Below, piece after piece: positions 32,262 to 44,773 of a stretch of 64,000 nt of DNA (positions are counted from its first letter, which is position 1; every line of letters begins with the position of its first letter). Source of the stretch: Synechococcus sp. (GTDB lineage Bacteria > Cyanobacteriota > Cyanobacteriia > Thermostichales > PCC-7336); assembly GCA_051439605.1 (NCBI GenBank), contig JBFRWN010000016.1, positions 1 through 64,000 on the forward strand, in the 5' to 3' direction. The position numbers and the translations under genes were made by a program. The notes beneath the pieces were generated by a model that was given only the letters and a program-made list of their open reading frames with translations, made no database searches and was not told the DNA's origin.

Positions 32262-33047
32262 AAGAGCACTAGATAAAACTGCTAGATATTATTTTGTATA
32301 GTCATATTCGACCCATTTTATTTAAGATCTGAGAATCAATGAATACTTGCTGATAGCTTGCCCGTGCTTAATTCGCCCTTGATTGGACAAGAGGAAAGGC
32401 TGAGATTATCTTTTTTGAAAACCGCGAGAATAGACTAATCATATTCATCACCAAGGGCTGACAAGCCCTGTAGAAATAAGCCAGCAGGTAAAGTAAGTGA
32501 TATGGCGAGCCGATATCTCCTTTGTTGCTGCAGGGATTATACCTAATTAAGGGTGAAGAAATAAATCTTTGGCAAGAGTTCGCAATTGAATTCGCAACTC
32601 CAGTCCACACCTCAATAGATAGAGCATTCTTAAGATATATATAGGTTTATTGTTCAGACTGGATTCTAGTACAGCAGCTGAAATCTTTGTCAGTCCTGAT
32701 TAAAACGTAGGTTTGCCCTCTTGATTTGTCATGATTCTCAACAAATACGTTAATTCTTTTTATGCATAGGGAGCTTAGCGATCAGAGAACAAATATTCAT
32801 AAATAAAGTCTTGATTTCGTTGTAAGATAGGATCCTAAAATATATGATTTGACTCTTGCAGCACAGATATGATTTTCGGGCAGCTGTCCGTAATGTTGAA
32901 CTCGTCTGTCAATAAGAATGAAAGAAAACTGTCTTCAACATTAGTTAGACAATGAGGAAAATCTACCCCTCTAATTGATAGGGGATCTCTTGTTCTTTGA
33001 CCTTCTAGACAGCATTTGAGCTTGATCGTTAAGGAGTTATAGATCGC

Positions 33048-35954
33048 ATGCGTGGACCACAAGATACGTTCATTGATTCTCAGGAAGGATTTCGACCGCC
33101 AGGAGGCAAGTTGCTGCAGAGACAATTGCAGTGGCTTGAGAGCGCTGGGTTCACTGAAGCTGCTGCTGCTGCCATTCAAACGGCAGTTGATGAAGAAACG
33201 CGGGCGGAGTTTCAAACACGTGACGTACAATTTACAGCTACCCCCACTGGTCAACCCACTGACTTTACGGCAGTACCGGAGGCTGGGGTAGGTATAGCAA
33301 CAGAAGAGATTGCCCAGCTATTTCGGGACACAGCAGAACGTCTAGGTCCTCCGACTGCAGCGGGACCACAATGGCGATCGCTTGGACCCACTACTATTCC
33401 TAACGGACAGACCTACGGTTCAAGCCGAGTCAATGTATCTGGGCGAATAGCCTCAGTCATTGTCGATTCAGAGAATTCTGCCCACGTTCTCGTCGGTACT
33501 GCCAACGGAGGTGTGTGGGAAAGTTTCGATCGAGGGGGTAGTTGGGAACCTCGTTCAGACTATGCAGCAACGCTTAGTGTAGGTGTCTTAGCATTTGACC
33601 CGAGCGATTCTTCGATCGTTTACTGCGGGACTGGTGAAGGAAACGCCTGGTACAATGCGCCTCTCGGTGTAGGGATCTTGCGTTCGTCAGATGGCGGAAC
33701 AACCTGGGTAACCCTCTGCACAAATCCCTTTGTTGGTCAAGGGTTCTACGATCTGATTGTCGACCCAGCCGACGGACAACATTTGCTTGCTGGTACGACA
33801 AATGGGCTGTATGTCTCAACAGATGGTGGTGTCACTTGGATACAACGGCGGGCAGTAGAAACGTGGTCCTTGTCTATTGCGCCCGGAGGCTCCCCATCGG
33901 CAGAAATCATCGCCGGCTGCATCGACGGCCTTTGGAGTTCGCCAAATGGTGGGAACACTTGGACTCAGGTATCGTTACCTGGCGCTCCCGGTTCGTTTAA
34001 CCGTCTCGAAGCAGATATTGCTCCCTCCAACCCTTCAGTTGCTTATGCTTGGGGAGCGATTAGTAGCGGAGCAGCTTTTCTGTGGCGAAGAGCTGGCGGA
34101 ATTTGGACGGCATTAGCGACACCTCCAGGGGTGCAGACTGGCCAAGCCTGGTATGACTGGTTCGTTGCAGCAGCCCCTGACAGTGATACGCAGGTGTACT
34201 GTGGGGCAATTCAAGTCCATCGAGGCGATCTAACTGGGGGGGGCTGGACATGGATTAATCTCACCAATAAAGGCAGCACGGGAGATTCCATCCATCCAGA
34301 TCAACATGCCATAGCTTTTGAACCGGGAAATCCCGACACCATATACGTTGGCAACGATGGTGGTCTTTACCGCAGCAATGACCGCGGCATTAACTGGCAG
34401 CACTGCAATAATGGCCTAGTCATTACAGAGTTTGAATATCTTGCCCAAGATCCCAACTCAGCCCAATGGTTAATTGGCGGAACTCAGGATAATGGCACTC
34501 AGCGCTGGACAGGATCGTCTGTCCACGATCATGTAGCTGATGGTGACGGAGGTGATTGCGGTGTTAATCAGAGTAATCCCGATATCGTCTTCCATACTTA
34601 CTTTCGTATGAGCCCGGAACGCTCAACCAGTAGGGGAAACTTTGGTACGTGGACATTTATTCCACCCCCCGTTCCTAGTGGAGAAGGCAGTCTGTTCTAT
34701 CCGCCGTTTGAAACCAGTGCTACCAACGGTGACACCATTGCCATGGGAGGCGATGCTCTTTATGTTTCTCGTAATAACGGCAGCAGTTGGACGCGGCTCA
34801 CATATCCGAGTCGTGCTCGAGCGAGTGCGATGTATATCCCCAATGCCGATCGTGTATATGTTGGAACGACCAGTGGGCAAATCTTCCGCACAGAATGGAA
34901 TGGTTTGAATTGGGCCGCACTTACCGCTTTAATAACTCCTCGTTCCAATGCATATGTGAGCGATCTGTTTGTCGATCCAAACAATCTGTTACGGATGTGG
35001 GCGACCCACCGAACGGTTGGGGGTGGACGAGTCTTCCGCTCAGACAATGGTGGCTCGTCTTGGAGCGATCGCACGGCTGGATTGCCAGGGCTACCCATCA
35101 ATGCGATCGCGATCGATCCAACGAATGACGGTCGGATCTGGGTTGCAGCCGACCTAGGCGTTTATCAGAGTCTTGATGGTGGAGCAACTTGGTCTGACTT
35201 CTCCAACGGGTTACCCCATATGGTAGTAGGGGACATCCTGTTTCATCCCTCTAACCGTCTCCTCAGAGCAGGCACACGCAATCGAGGTATTTGGGAAATT
35301 TCAGTTGATGGCACCCCACCTTTACCGGAATTGGAAATCAACGGGCAAGAGGTTCTAGGAGCAATCAACTTTGCAGGCGAAAGCGACCTCTATACCTTTA
35401 GAGTGGCAACGGAGGGTAGGTATACGATTGAAACGTCTGGAACTATAGATACTTTCTTGAGTCTGTTTGGTCCAGATAGCGAGACAAACCTGATTGCCAC
35501 AGATGATGACAGTGGACCTGGAACATTGTCATTACTGGTCCAGGATTTAGACATTGGCCAGTACTTCGTGAGAGTTCGCCATTTTAGTTCAAGAGGTACG
35601 GGTTCCTATGGAATCTCGGTCCGGTCAAACACCGATCCCGAACCGGTGAGGATACAAGTCAATGGTCCGGAAGTTCAAGGAAATATTGGGGAGCCAGCGG
35701 AAAGCGATCTGTTTACCTTTAACGTGGTAACGGCAGAGGAACATATCATTGAAACATCAGGTACAACTGATACGTTCCTTGCTCTGTTTGGACCCAACAG
35801 CGATACCGACCTCATTACCCAAGACGATGATAGCGGGCCTGGTTTGCTATCTCGCATTCAGGAGTTTTTAGCAGTCGGCACGTATTTTGTCCGAGTCAGG
35901 CACTACAGTCCCACTCGCACAGGAGCTTATGGAGTCAGAGTCCGAAGAGTTTAA
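33048..35954 (+). CDS. BNR/Asp-box beta-propeller protein with two C-terminal PPC-like domains
   Basis: Many S.D.G.TW Asp-boxes (SFDRGGSW, SSDGGTTW, STDGGVTW, SNDRGINW, SDNGGSSW, SLDGGATW); two repeats of ESDL.TF..IETSGT.DTFL.LFGP..DDDSGPG.LS..G.YFVRVRH. Confidence 0.85.
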   Translation: MRGPQDTFIDSQEGFRPPGGKLLQRQLQWLESAGFTEAAAAAIQTAVDEETRAEFQTRDVQFTATPTGQPTDFTAVPEAGVGIATEEIAQLFRDTAERLGPPTAAGPQWRSLGPTTIPNGQTYGSSRVNVSGRIASVIVDSENSAHVLVGTANGGVWESFDRGGSWEPRSDYAATLSVGVLAFDPSDSSIVYCGTGEGNAWYNAPLGVGILRSSDGGTTWVTLCTNPFVGQGFYDLIVDPADGQHLLAGTTNGLYVSTDGGVTWIQRRAVETWSLSIAPGGSPSAEIIAGCIDGLWSSPNGGNTWTQVSLPGAPGSFNRLEADIAPSNPSVAYAWGAISSGAAFLWRRAGGIWTALATPPGVQTGQAWYDWFVAAAPDSDTQVYCGAIQVHRGDLTGGGWTWINLTNKGSTGDSIHPDQHAIAFEPGNPDTIYVGNDGGLYRSNDRGINWQHCNNGLVITEFEYLAQDPNSAQWLIGGTQDNGTQRWTGSSVHDHVADGDGGDCGVNQSNPDIVFHTYFRMSPERSTSRGNFGTWTFIPPPVPSGEGSLFYPPFETSATNGDTIAMGGDALYVSRNNGSSWTRLTYPSRARASAMYIPNADRVYVGTTSGQIFRTEWNGLNWAALTALITPRSNAYVSDLFVDPNNLLRMWATHRTVGGGRVFRSDNGGSSWSDRTAGLPGLPINAIAIDPTNDGRIWVAADLGVYQSLDGGATWSDFSNGLPHMVVGDILFHPSNRLLRAGTRNRGIWEISVDGTPPLPELEINGQEVLGAINFAGESDLYTFRVATEGRYTIETSGTIDTFLSLFGPDSETNLIATDDDSGPGTLSLLVQDLDIGQYFVRVRHFSSRGTGSYGISVRSNTDPEPVRIQVNGPEVQGNIGEPAESDLFTFNVVTAEEHIIETSGTTDTFLALFGPNSDTDLITQDDDSGPGLLSRIQEFLAVGTYFVRVRHYSPTRTGAYGVRVRRV

Positions 35955-36193
35955 CTAACTTTGTGGCTTGGTTCGAGTGTTTATCGGCAGGGTAACACTT
36001 TGAGAACAGGACAGATGCCGAGAACTCCGATTTTGCAGGGTCTTAGGCTTTGATGTTCGACAGGAAGTGTTACTCTCTGTTGAACCCTATTTAGTTCCAA
36101 CCTCTGTGTAAGAGTGAAGAGATAATACTTGGAATTGTCAGAAACTATTGCTTTTCCATCATTGTCTATTTTCATATCCGTGAATGGCTGTCT

Positions 36194-36712
36194 ATGTTTT
36201 TCAGTATTTCTTCAGTTTTGCTCCTGAATGCTCATATAGTTATTACGCAAAGGGCAATCCAAGACACTTTATTGGCAACAAATTTTTATGAGGTTCACCA
36301 GAGTTGGTCCATTGAAAGTCAGCAAATATTGAGTTGTTTACCCAAAATGAGTGAAATTGTCCAGCTAGCAAAAAATGCTACAGATGGGATGAGTTCTCCT
36401 CCCCGAATCTATAAAACATCGGGAAATAGTACAAGTTTGTGGCCAGACCAACCCGGTGAACTAGAAACCTCATATGCAACGGGTGGAATGCAACGCCCCG
36501 ACGAGGACATTTTTGCAGGGACGTTTCCTATGACACTGACGACAGTGTTGGAGGCTAGCGCTCCCCAGGGAAGTTTTGAAGTGATATTCCAAGCCGAATG
36601 GGGTCCATCTAACGAGACACTATTGCATGCTTGGAAATTCCACGTGGGTCCAGATCGTCAAGTGACCTTCATAGGGGAGGAAGGAGACGAGCTGCCTCCC
36701 CTTCCCATGTAG
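36194..36712 (+). CDS. Hypothetical protein
   Basis: 172-aa ORF; true start uncertain (may be an internal ATG). Confidence 0.5.
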   Translation: MFFSISSVLLLNAHIVITQRAIQDTLLATNFYEVHQSWSIESQQILSCLPKMSEIVQLAKNATDGMSSPPRIYKTSGNSTSLWPDQPGELETSYATGGMQRPDEDIFAGTFPMTLTTVLEASAPQGSFEVIFQAEWGPSNETLLHAWKFHVGPDRQVTFIGEEGDELPPLPM

Positions 36713-36731
36713 ATGGATTCCGATGCTAGAT

Positions 36732-36915
36732 GCCTATCGACGACGGCAGAACCACTATGTCAAGATTCAGGCGAGGTTGAACCGAGCAGTTGCGGCTCTT
36801 CGCATCATTCATAACAGGGTACGACCCCATTCTTCTCTAACTAAGGAAACCACACCAGCTTGACCATCGCTTGATTGACAGACCGCTCACGCTCTTAGAA
36901 ATCCTCTTCTGTCGA
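36732..36915 (+). pseudogene. Transposase C-terminal remnant (IS1-like cyanobacterial family)
   Basis: Translates AYRRRQNHYVK..RIIHNRVRPHSSLTKETTPA*, then frameshifted LIDRPLTLLEIL, matching the HN..RPH..L..TPAM..G..DRP pattern. Confidence 0.6.
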
Positions 36916-37458
36916 AGACTTCAAGACTCACACTAAACCTCTTTCCAGGGCTGAGCTTGGTGCCGGGATCAATAGCTAGGGCGATCGCCATCACAGAAGA
37001 AGCATTTATGATACACAGGTAACCCTAATCACCTGCGTAATTCCAACAGTATACGGGCACAAAACAAAATGCAATTGTTACAAGTCAAAAGCAGAAAAAC
37101 CCTGATGACAATTGATTAAATTGATACACTTTCCTCTCTCTGAATTGCTGTCGATCACTATTTTTAAATACTTTTTTCTGGCTGTATAAGCTATGGTTGC
37201 GAAATAAAGCTTGATTTCAAAATCAAGTTCGCAAAAATGTGAATTTTATTTACGAAATCAGAGGAACTATACTTTCCTGACTTAGCTGATTTCCTTTCAG
37301 GAAGGAAGGTTAAATGTTTCAGATAGATTATCCGCAACCGATTGGTTTGACAGAACATATTGAGGAACTTATCGAGATAATTCAATTCTCCTTAGCTATC
37401 CACCAGACGACGGAGAGTAGATAGACCTGTGGAAACCTATTTCTTCCATCGTCAGGAT

Positions 37459-38676
37459 ATGAAACAGATTTCTCCTGCCTGCTTGCCGTTCGACAGGCAG
37501 CATAAGCAGAAAACTGCAGAGAGTTCCACAGACTGTCTAGAAGAGCTCGGCGATTTCTCCCCCTTAGCCTCGCTGGATATGCGTGGAGTATGCCGAAGGC
37601 AGGTGGAAGAATTAACAGAACAGTTACCCGCGATTGGTGCAAGAATTGTTTTCCATGCTTCAGGCATAGATAGTTGGCAAATTGTTGATGGGTCGAACAA
37701 CTCTAGTCAATTCCTACAGGCTATTCCTAACCGCCAAAAGTTGGAGCCTTGGTTAAACCAGCAGCTAGAGATATTGAGGCCGAGCTTGGTTTCAAGGCTC
37801 CTTCCCACCAGAAAGAAAGCCAATAGCAATAGCAGCAATCGCCATACGCATCTGAGGACTGATGAGTTCATCTATCTGTGTGTATTGAATCGTGTTAACG
37901 ACTGTGAAGAGTATCTGTTGCTGGTAACTGACTTCCTCTTAACTGCCTCCCAACAAAAGTCAGTTTCTCAACGGGCACATTTGTTGAGGGATTATCTGAT
38001 GGCTTATCGCGCCCACCTGCAGAGCCAGGAAAGAGTCTTGGAACAAAGAATGCGCCAAGTCGAACATCAATTGCGCAATCCTCTGGCTACCATCGAATTG
38101 TTTGCCGAAACCTTATGTTTGCAACTTCCTCCTGGGGAACTGCGCGAGCAGGCTAAGTGCATTAAGACGGCCGTTGATGATTTGGACGATCGCCTAAAGC
38201 AGTTGCTTACCAGTGCTCGGCCCCCAGGATCGAATGTTCGTTGCGACTTGCGCAACATTGTATTGGATGCGATCTCGGTGCTCAAACCCAATTGGCAGGC
38301 CAAGCAACTCCAAATAGATGTGCCTGAAACCCCACTATTTGTCTCGGTCAATCGCTCTCAAATTAAGCAGGTGTTTGAAAATCTGTTGACGAATGCCATT
38401 TACTTTAGTCCGCATGGAAGTGCCATTATCTGCAGTTGGAGGCCGTTTCATCAAGAGGTATTGGTTGAAATTTCAGATCGGGGACCTGGCTTGCGTCCTC
38501 AAGATGTAACCTCTGCTTTTCTGCCCTACTATTCTCGCCGTCAGGGGGGTACTGGTTTGGGACTGACGATTGCGAAACGTTTTATCCGCGAGCATAACGG
38601 AGATATTTGGTGCCAAACCTTGCCGGAAGGAGGGGCCCAGTTTTCCTTCACTCTGAAAAAGATGGCTTTGGATTAA
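37459..38676 (+). CDS. Cytoplasmic sensor histidine kinase
   Basis: H-box EHQLRNPL, N-box QVFENLLTNA, DRGPG, GTGLGL; no TM segment seen. Start 37429 or 37459. Confidence 0.9.
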   Translation: MKQISPACLPFDRQHKQKTAESSTDCLEELGDFSPLASLDMRGVCRRQVEELTEQLPAIGARIVFHASGIDSWQIVDGSNNSSQFLQAIPNRQKLEPWLNQQLEILRPSLVSRLLPTRKKANSNSSNRHTHLRTDEFIYLCVLNRVNDCEEYLLLVTDFLLTASQQKSVSQRAHLLRDYLMAYRAHLQSQERVLEQRMRQVEHQLRNPLATIELFAETLCLQLPPGELREQAKCIKTAVDDLDDRLKQLLTSARPPGSNVRCDLRNIVLDAISVLKPNWQAKQLQIDVPETPLFVSVNRSQIKQVFENLLTNAIYFSPHGSAIICSWRPFHQEVLVEISDRGPGLRPQDVTSAFLPYYSRRQGGTGLGLTIAKRFIREHNGDIWCQTLPEGGAQFSFTLKKMALD

Positions 38677-38716
38677 TTGTTCAGTTGCTTAGCGATTCTT
38701 TGCCTGCGAGTTGCCC

Positions 38717-39394
38717 ATGAACCAGCCAACGCCTCTTTCGCTGCTTTTAGTCGATGACGAACCCCAGTTTCGCAACGGTTTGCGCACTTTGCTGGAATTC
38801 TACAGCTCTAAGGGATTGGGGCTCATTCAAGTGGTCGGAGAAGCAGCATCTTCCAGCCAGGCGCTCAAGCTGGCGTCCGAGCAACATCCCGCCTTGACGC
38901 TGCTGGATATGGAATTAGCGGCTGATGATGGGGTGGATGTGTTGCTGGGTTTGAAGGATCGTGATTACGATGGCAAAGTGCTGGTGCTGTCAGCCCACCG
39001 TGAAGACGAACGGGTGTATCGGGCGATGCAAGCGGGGGCGAACGGGTACGTTTTCAAACATCGGCTCGCCAGCCAGCTGTGCGACGCGATCGCCACAGTG
39101 ATGGACGGAGAGATTTATCTATCGCCGGAGGTGGTCACGGGGTTTTTCCGCATGTTCAATTTTTATGCGGGACACTCGTTGCAGGTCTGTCGAGAGATGA
39201 ATTTGACGGAACGGGAGCAAGAGGTATTGCATTGGCTGGTTCAGGGGGAGTCTAACGAAGCGATCGCCAGTCATCTATACGTCACGGTGGCCACGGTGAA
39301 AGCTCATCTGACGGCGATCTTTTCGAAATTACAGGTCAAGAGCCGCACGCAAGCGATTGTCAAAGCCTTGAAACTGGGTTTGGTCTCGGGGTAA
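38717..39394 (+). CDS. NarL/LuxR-family response regulator
   Basis: LLVDDE..LLDM..LSA..YVFK receiver; LTEREQEVL..SNEAIA..TVKAHLT..KLQVKSRTQA HTH. Confidence 0.93.
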   Translation: MNQPTPLSLLLVDDEPQFRNGLRTLLEFYSSKGLGLIQVVGEAASSSQALKLASEQHPALTLLDMELAADDGVDVLLGLKDRDYDGKVLVLSAHREDERVYRAMQAGANGYVFKHRLASQLCDAIATVMDGEIYLSPEVVTGFFRMFNFYAGHSLQVCREMNLTEREQEVLHWLVQGESNEAIASHLYVTVATVKAHLTAIFSKLQVKSRTQAIVKALKLGLVSG

Positions 39395-39734
39395 ACCGCG
39401 TTTGGATTCGGATATTTATTACTTTAAGAACTCTTCATTCGACTTTTTTATCATCCTCTACAGACGTTTTTTCTGTAGGTGTGAAAATAGGGTTGAATGC
39501 TATTCGCCTGCGATTTCATGACTCGAATCGAGTTATATTTATTGCAGATTGAGTCAGAGACTTTATCCAATTTTTTTTTGAGCTCGTGACGCATTCGACA
39601 GTTTGAGACTAGGCCTAGCGATCGCCGATTCTGTCAAGTTTGTCTGACAATACACCATATATGAACTGAAAATTCACCAACAGGTTCCAGCTAAATACAC
39701 TTCTCATAGATACTATCCGGAATAGCTATCGCGC

Positions 39735-39795
39735 TAATGCCCCAATATTGGGTGATTCGTACGACACTTGGGTATCACCCAATATTGGGGCATTA
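39735..39795. repeat. Perfect 22-bp inverted repeat with a 17-nt spacer
   Basis: TAATGCCCCAATATTGGGTGAT (39735-39756) / ATCACCCAATATTGGGGCATTA (39774-39795). Confidence 0.9.
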
Positions 39796-40210
39796 TCCGG
39801 CCTGAGTCCGTATATTGAATGGTTATGCTGAGGCATCCTTATGAGATTGTATCTCCACTAAGGTGGGTTTAATGCGGGAAATCACCAAGCACTGTCACCA
39901 TGTTAAACAGTGTAACGCCGTTTAGTATTCCATATAGGTGCGTTATACGGCTCAGGGATATATAGTATGAGCCACAAGGGTGTTCTACGGCTCCAAGAAA
40001 TATAGAATGACATCTGAGCATGCTATCAGGCTTCAAGCTATTGAATAATAGTTAGGCTTCAAATGGGTCTTTTATGCCTTTTCAGATACAGTTTTCGTTT
40101 CATCTAAAGGATCAGATAGAAGGCTTTTGTGTGGGATATAATTTTTTTTAGGATAAACCAAAACAGCTTATAGATGGAGTTGATTAAGGCTGAGAGTGCA
40201 GGAAGATATC

Positions 40211-40756
40211 ATGATAAGCAAAGTAGGATTTGATTTTGATGAATTTGGCGGTAATGTCGATATTGTCATTGTGAAAGGCAATAAAGATCGGTTAACGAAT
40301 GCCAGGTATCTGAAATCTCTTCAAGGCAATTGGAAGTTTGAGCAACAACAAGATCAAGCGTGGAGTTTTTATCACGGGATGAGATACCCAGCAGAAGGAG
40401 TTGAAGCGTTAGCGAAAGAGTTATCGAAAGAGTTCTCGACAAGGGCGATTTATTTTTACTTCGGAGACGCATCGGGCTGGATGGGCTACAAGCTATTTGT
40501 GAATGGCGAAGAAAGTGAAGAGTATAGTTTTGGCGTAGACTATGATGAGGAATTGGCTGAGGCCGGGATTGACTTAGCGGAGACGAGAAAAGCGGGTACG
40601 TTGGTTACAAGTAATGAGGATGGGTATCAGTGTTTATTTTGGAGCTTGCTTCGTACGAAAGCAGAAGATGAAATCAGCGGTGGAGAAAAATTCATCGATG
40701 AGTTTCTACGTAATGAAAGCGCCTATATTGGCTGGGATTTATTCCCTAATAGCTAA
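40211..40756 (+). CDS. Hypothetical acidic protein (cassette-like)
   Basis: AT-rich ~181-aa ORF with a GGAAG RBS; no recognised family. Confidence 0.65.
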   Translation: MISKVGFDFDEFGGNVDIVIVKGNKDRLTNARYLKSLQGNWKFEQQQDQAWSFYHGMRYPAEGVEALAKELSKEFSTRAIYFYFGDASGWMGYKLFVNGEESEEYSFGVDYDEELAEAGIDLAETRKAGTLVTSNEDGYQCLFWSLLRTKAEDEISGGEKFIDEFLRNESAYIGWDLFPNS

Positions 40757-41054
40757 ATGATTTTTAATAAAAAAGGGAAAATCAAGTGTAAGCCTACTAA
40801 AGAGTTAGACAGCAATTCCAAAAGACTAAATTTGTTTATAATCAATGCAAAATCTTTCTGAAGATACAGTCCTAAAAAAGCTTGCATCAGGATCACCTTA
40901 TTGAGTTTTTGAAGGTGATGGACATTACCGGTTCCAATGTTGCTCTGTTCATGGAGGAAAGGAAGAAACTAATCGAATTGGTTATGATAGCCTTGGTTCG
41001 GCTTAAAGAGCTGGGAAGGCATTTATTGAGAGAAAAATAGAGGACGATAATGCA

Positions 41055-41384
41055 GTGTCAAATCTTGAGATTAGGTGGCCGTGGACTATGCTGCCTCTGT
41101 CGGTAGCCGATGAATACATCAAGTATCTTCAGGAGCAAATCGATTTCGAACATCCACTCTATGGAAAGAAGGTGTTTCCGTCTTGCATAAGAGAAGATAG
41201 CCGGGATCCCATTATTCAATTTGATCTTGATGACGACAATTCCTATGCCATTGTTTTCTTCGGCGAGAAGCGGCTATTTGGCAATAAGAAAATGCCAAGG
41301 GTAGAGATTATAGCCTCGGTTTCCGATCTTCAGAAACGCTTTGACCAAGATCGTCGTAACGCGATGGAGAGCCTCGATGATTAG
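41055..41384 (+). CDS. Hypothetical protein (cassette-like; possibly immunity-protein-like)
   Basis: 109-aa ORF with a GAGG RBS (LQEQIDFEHPLYGK), ending 15 bp before an attC-like site. Confidence 0.6.
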   Translation: MSNLEIRWPWTMLPLSVADEYIKYLQEQIDFEHPLYGKKVFPSCIREDSRDPIIQFDLDDDNSYAIVFFGEKRLFGNKKMPRVEIIASVSDLQKRFDQDRRNAMESLDD

Positions 41385-41399
41385 AATAAACCTCTGCAT

Positions 41400-41488
41400 G
41401 CCTAACCCTGCGTTGGAGCGGATGTGAGTGCTAAAGGGTCGGGCGTCATAATAAAATCATTTCTCACCACTCAACTTCGCCGTTAGCC
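41400..41488 (+). mobile_element. Integron attC-like recombination site
   Basis: R'' GCCTAAC (41400-41406); L'' TTG(G)AGCGG (41413-41421) pairs with L' CCACTCAA (41467-41474) with one extra base; R' GTTAGCC (41482-41488). Confidence 0.75.
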
Positions 41489-41492
41489 TCCA

Positions 41493-41801
41493 ATGCGAGT
41501 AGTGACACAATCTATATGTTGGAGCTACATTTGGATGCAACTCCACACAATACCGCGGACAGTTTTTGTATATGTGATTTTCTTGGTACTCTGGCTCGTG
41601 TTAACGCTCACGCAATTGGGAAAGCACGAGAACACAATTGCAGCTCTCGTGGCGGCTGGCTTTTGGGTAAACCTTGCCTTCTATATTGTGCTTCTGCTTT
41701 GTTTCTGGCTTCCACCCGCGTTCAGAATTTCCTCAGGTTTGTATCGCCTCGACTTGGTTCCGATCGTCGATCGCCCGACGATCGGTCGAGGCGACGCTTA
41801 G
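41493..41801 (+). CDS. Small membrane hypothetical protein, possibly truncated
   Basis: Starts 4 bp after the attC R' box; two hydrophobic stretches; the 3' end runs into a GC-rich hairpin. Confidence 0.4.
   Translation: MRVVTQSICWSYIWMQLHTIPRTVFVYVIFLVLWLVLTLTQLGKHENTIAALVAAGFWVNLAFYIVLLLCFWLPPAFRISSGLYRLDLVPIVDRPTIGRGDA
41744..41794. terminator. GC-rich compound hairpin downstream of katG
   Basis: CCGATCGTCG/CGACGATCGG inner stem plus TCGCCTCGA/TCGAGGCGA outer stem; no clear U-tract. Confidence 0.4.
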
Positions 41802-41828
41802 AAACTCTCGCAGACCTTGGCGCTGAGA

Positions 41829-44126
<2,298 letters not shown>

Positions 44127-44152
44127 TTATCTTGTCTGCGCCACCTCTTATC

Positions 44153-44390
44153 CTAGACAGAGAGCATCGTCCGCCACATTTGCAGCAGCACAGCCATCTG
44201 CTCGGGTTTCTCGGCCTCTGGGTTGATATCGTTCAACATTGTCTCGGCACTAGAAACCACGGGCATCGCCTCAAAGCCATCTCGTTCAACAAACATTTTT
44301 TCAATAAACCCGTCTTTCACCAGCCCGGAAGAAGTGACAACGCTGACGCATATGCATATCCGGACGGGCCTAACCCAAGCTGCCATATAT
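44153..44390 (-). pseudogene. Peroxiredoxin (Prx5/PGdx-like) fragment
   Basis: LVKDGFIEKMFVE..VSSAETMLNDINPEAEKPEQMAVL resembles the Prx5 C-terminus and the linker of Prx-Grx hybrids; no N-terminal peroxidatic-Cys region. Confidence 0.5.
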
Positions 44391-44502
44391 TGGAATCAAG
44401 CGGCCCTGCTGTTCAGCATTCATCAGAACTCAATCACGATCATTAAGTCATAATCAGCTCATAATACGAACGGAGCACTTGTATTTGCCTAAGTCTAAAG
44501 CA

Positions 44503-44590
44503 GGATAATCATCTCGCTGCAACGGATAGCAGTAAGGTTGTCGGTCGCAAGCGATAGGATACCTGATGCCGTTGAGCTGCACCGTTAGCT
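44503..44590 (+). mobile_element. Second attC-like site (degenerate R'')
   Basis: CT(G)CAACGG (44517-44525) pairs with CCGTTGAG (44569-44576) with one extra G; ends in GTTAGCT (44584-44590); the left box reads GATAATC. Confidence 0.6.
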
Positions 44591-44773
44591 TACAATAACC
44601 GATGTCTAGAAATATTAATTCAACTAATGCAGAATGTCATTTTTCGGCCAATAACTGACCTTCTCTTCCTCCAAACCATGCAATTTTTATCAGCCTAAAG
44701 CGTCCTCCTAATTCATTCTCCCTGAATTTCAGGGTTAGCATCCTGTTGATATATTCTGACTCCAGCATCTACT

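Noticed and set aside
39943..40005. Reading LYGSGIYSMSHKGVLRLQEI* resembling the integron-integrase LYGSGLR box
   Set aside because: Only about five matching residues, no catalytic Arg and no flanking homology; could be chance.
40792..40815. GCCTACTAAAGAGTTAGAC as a third attC site after the 40211 ORF
   Set aside because: No matching complementary right arm could be identified.
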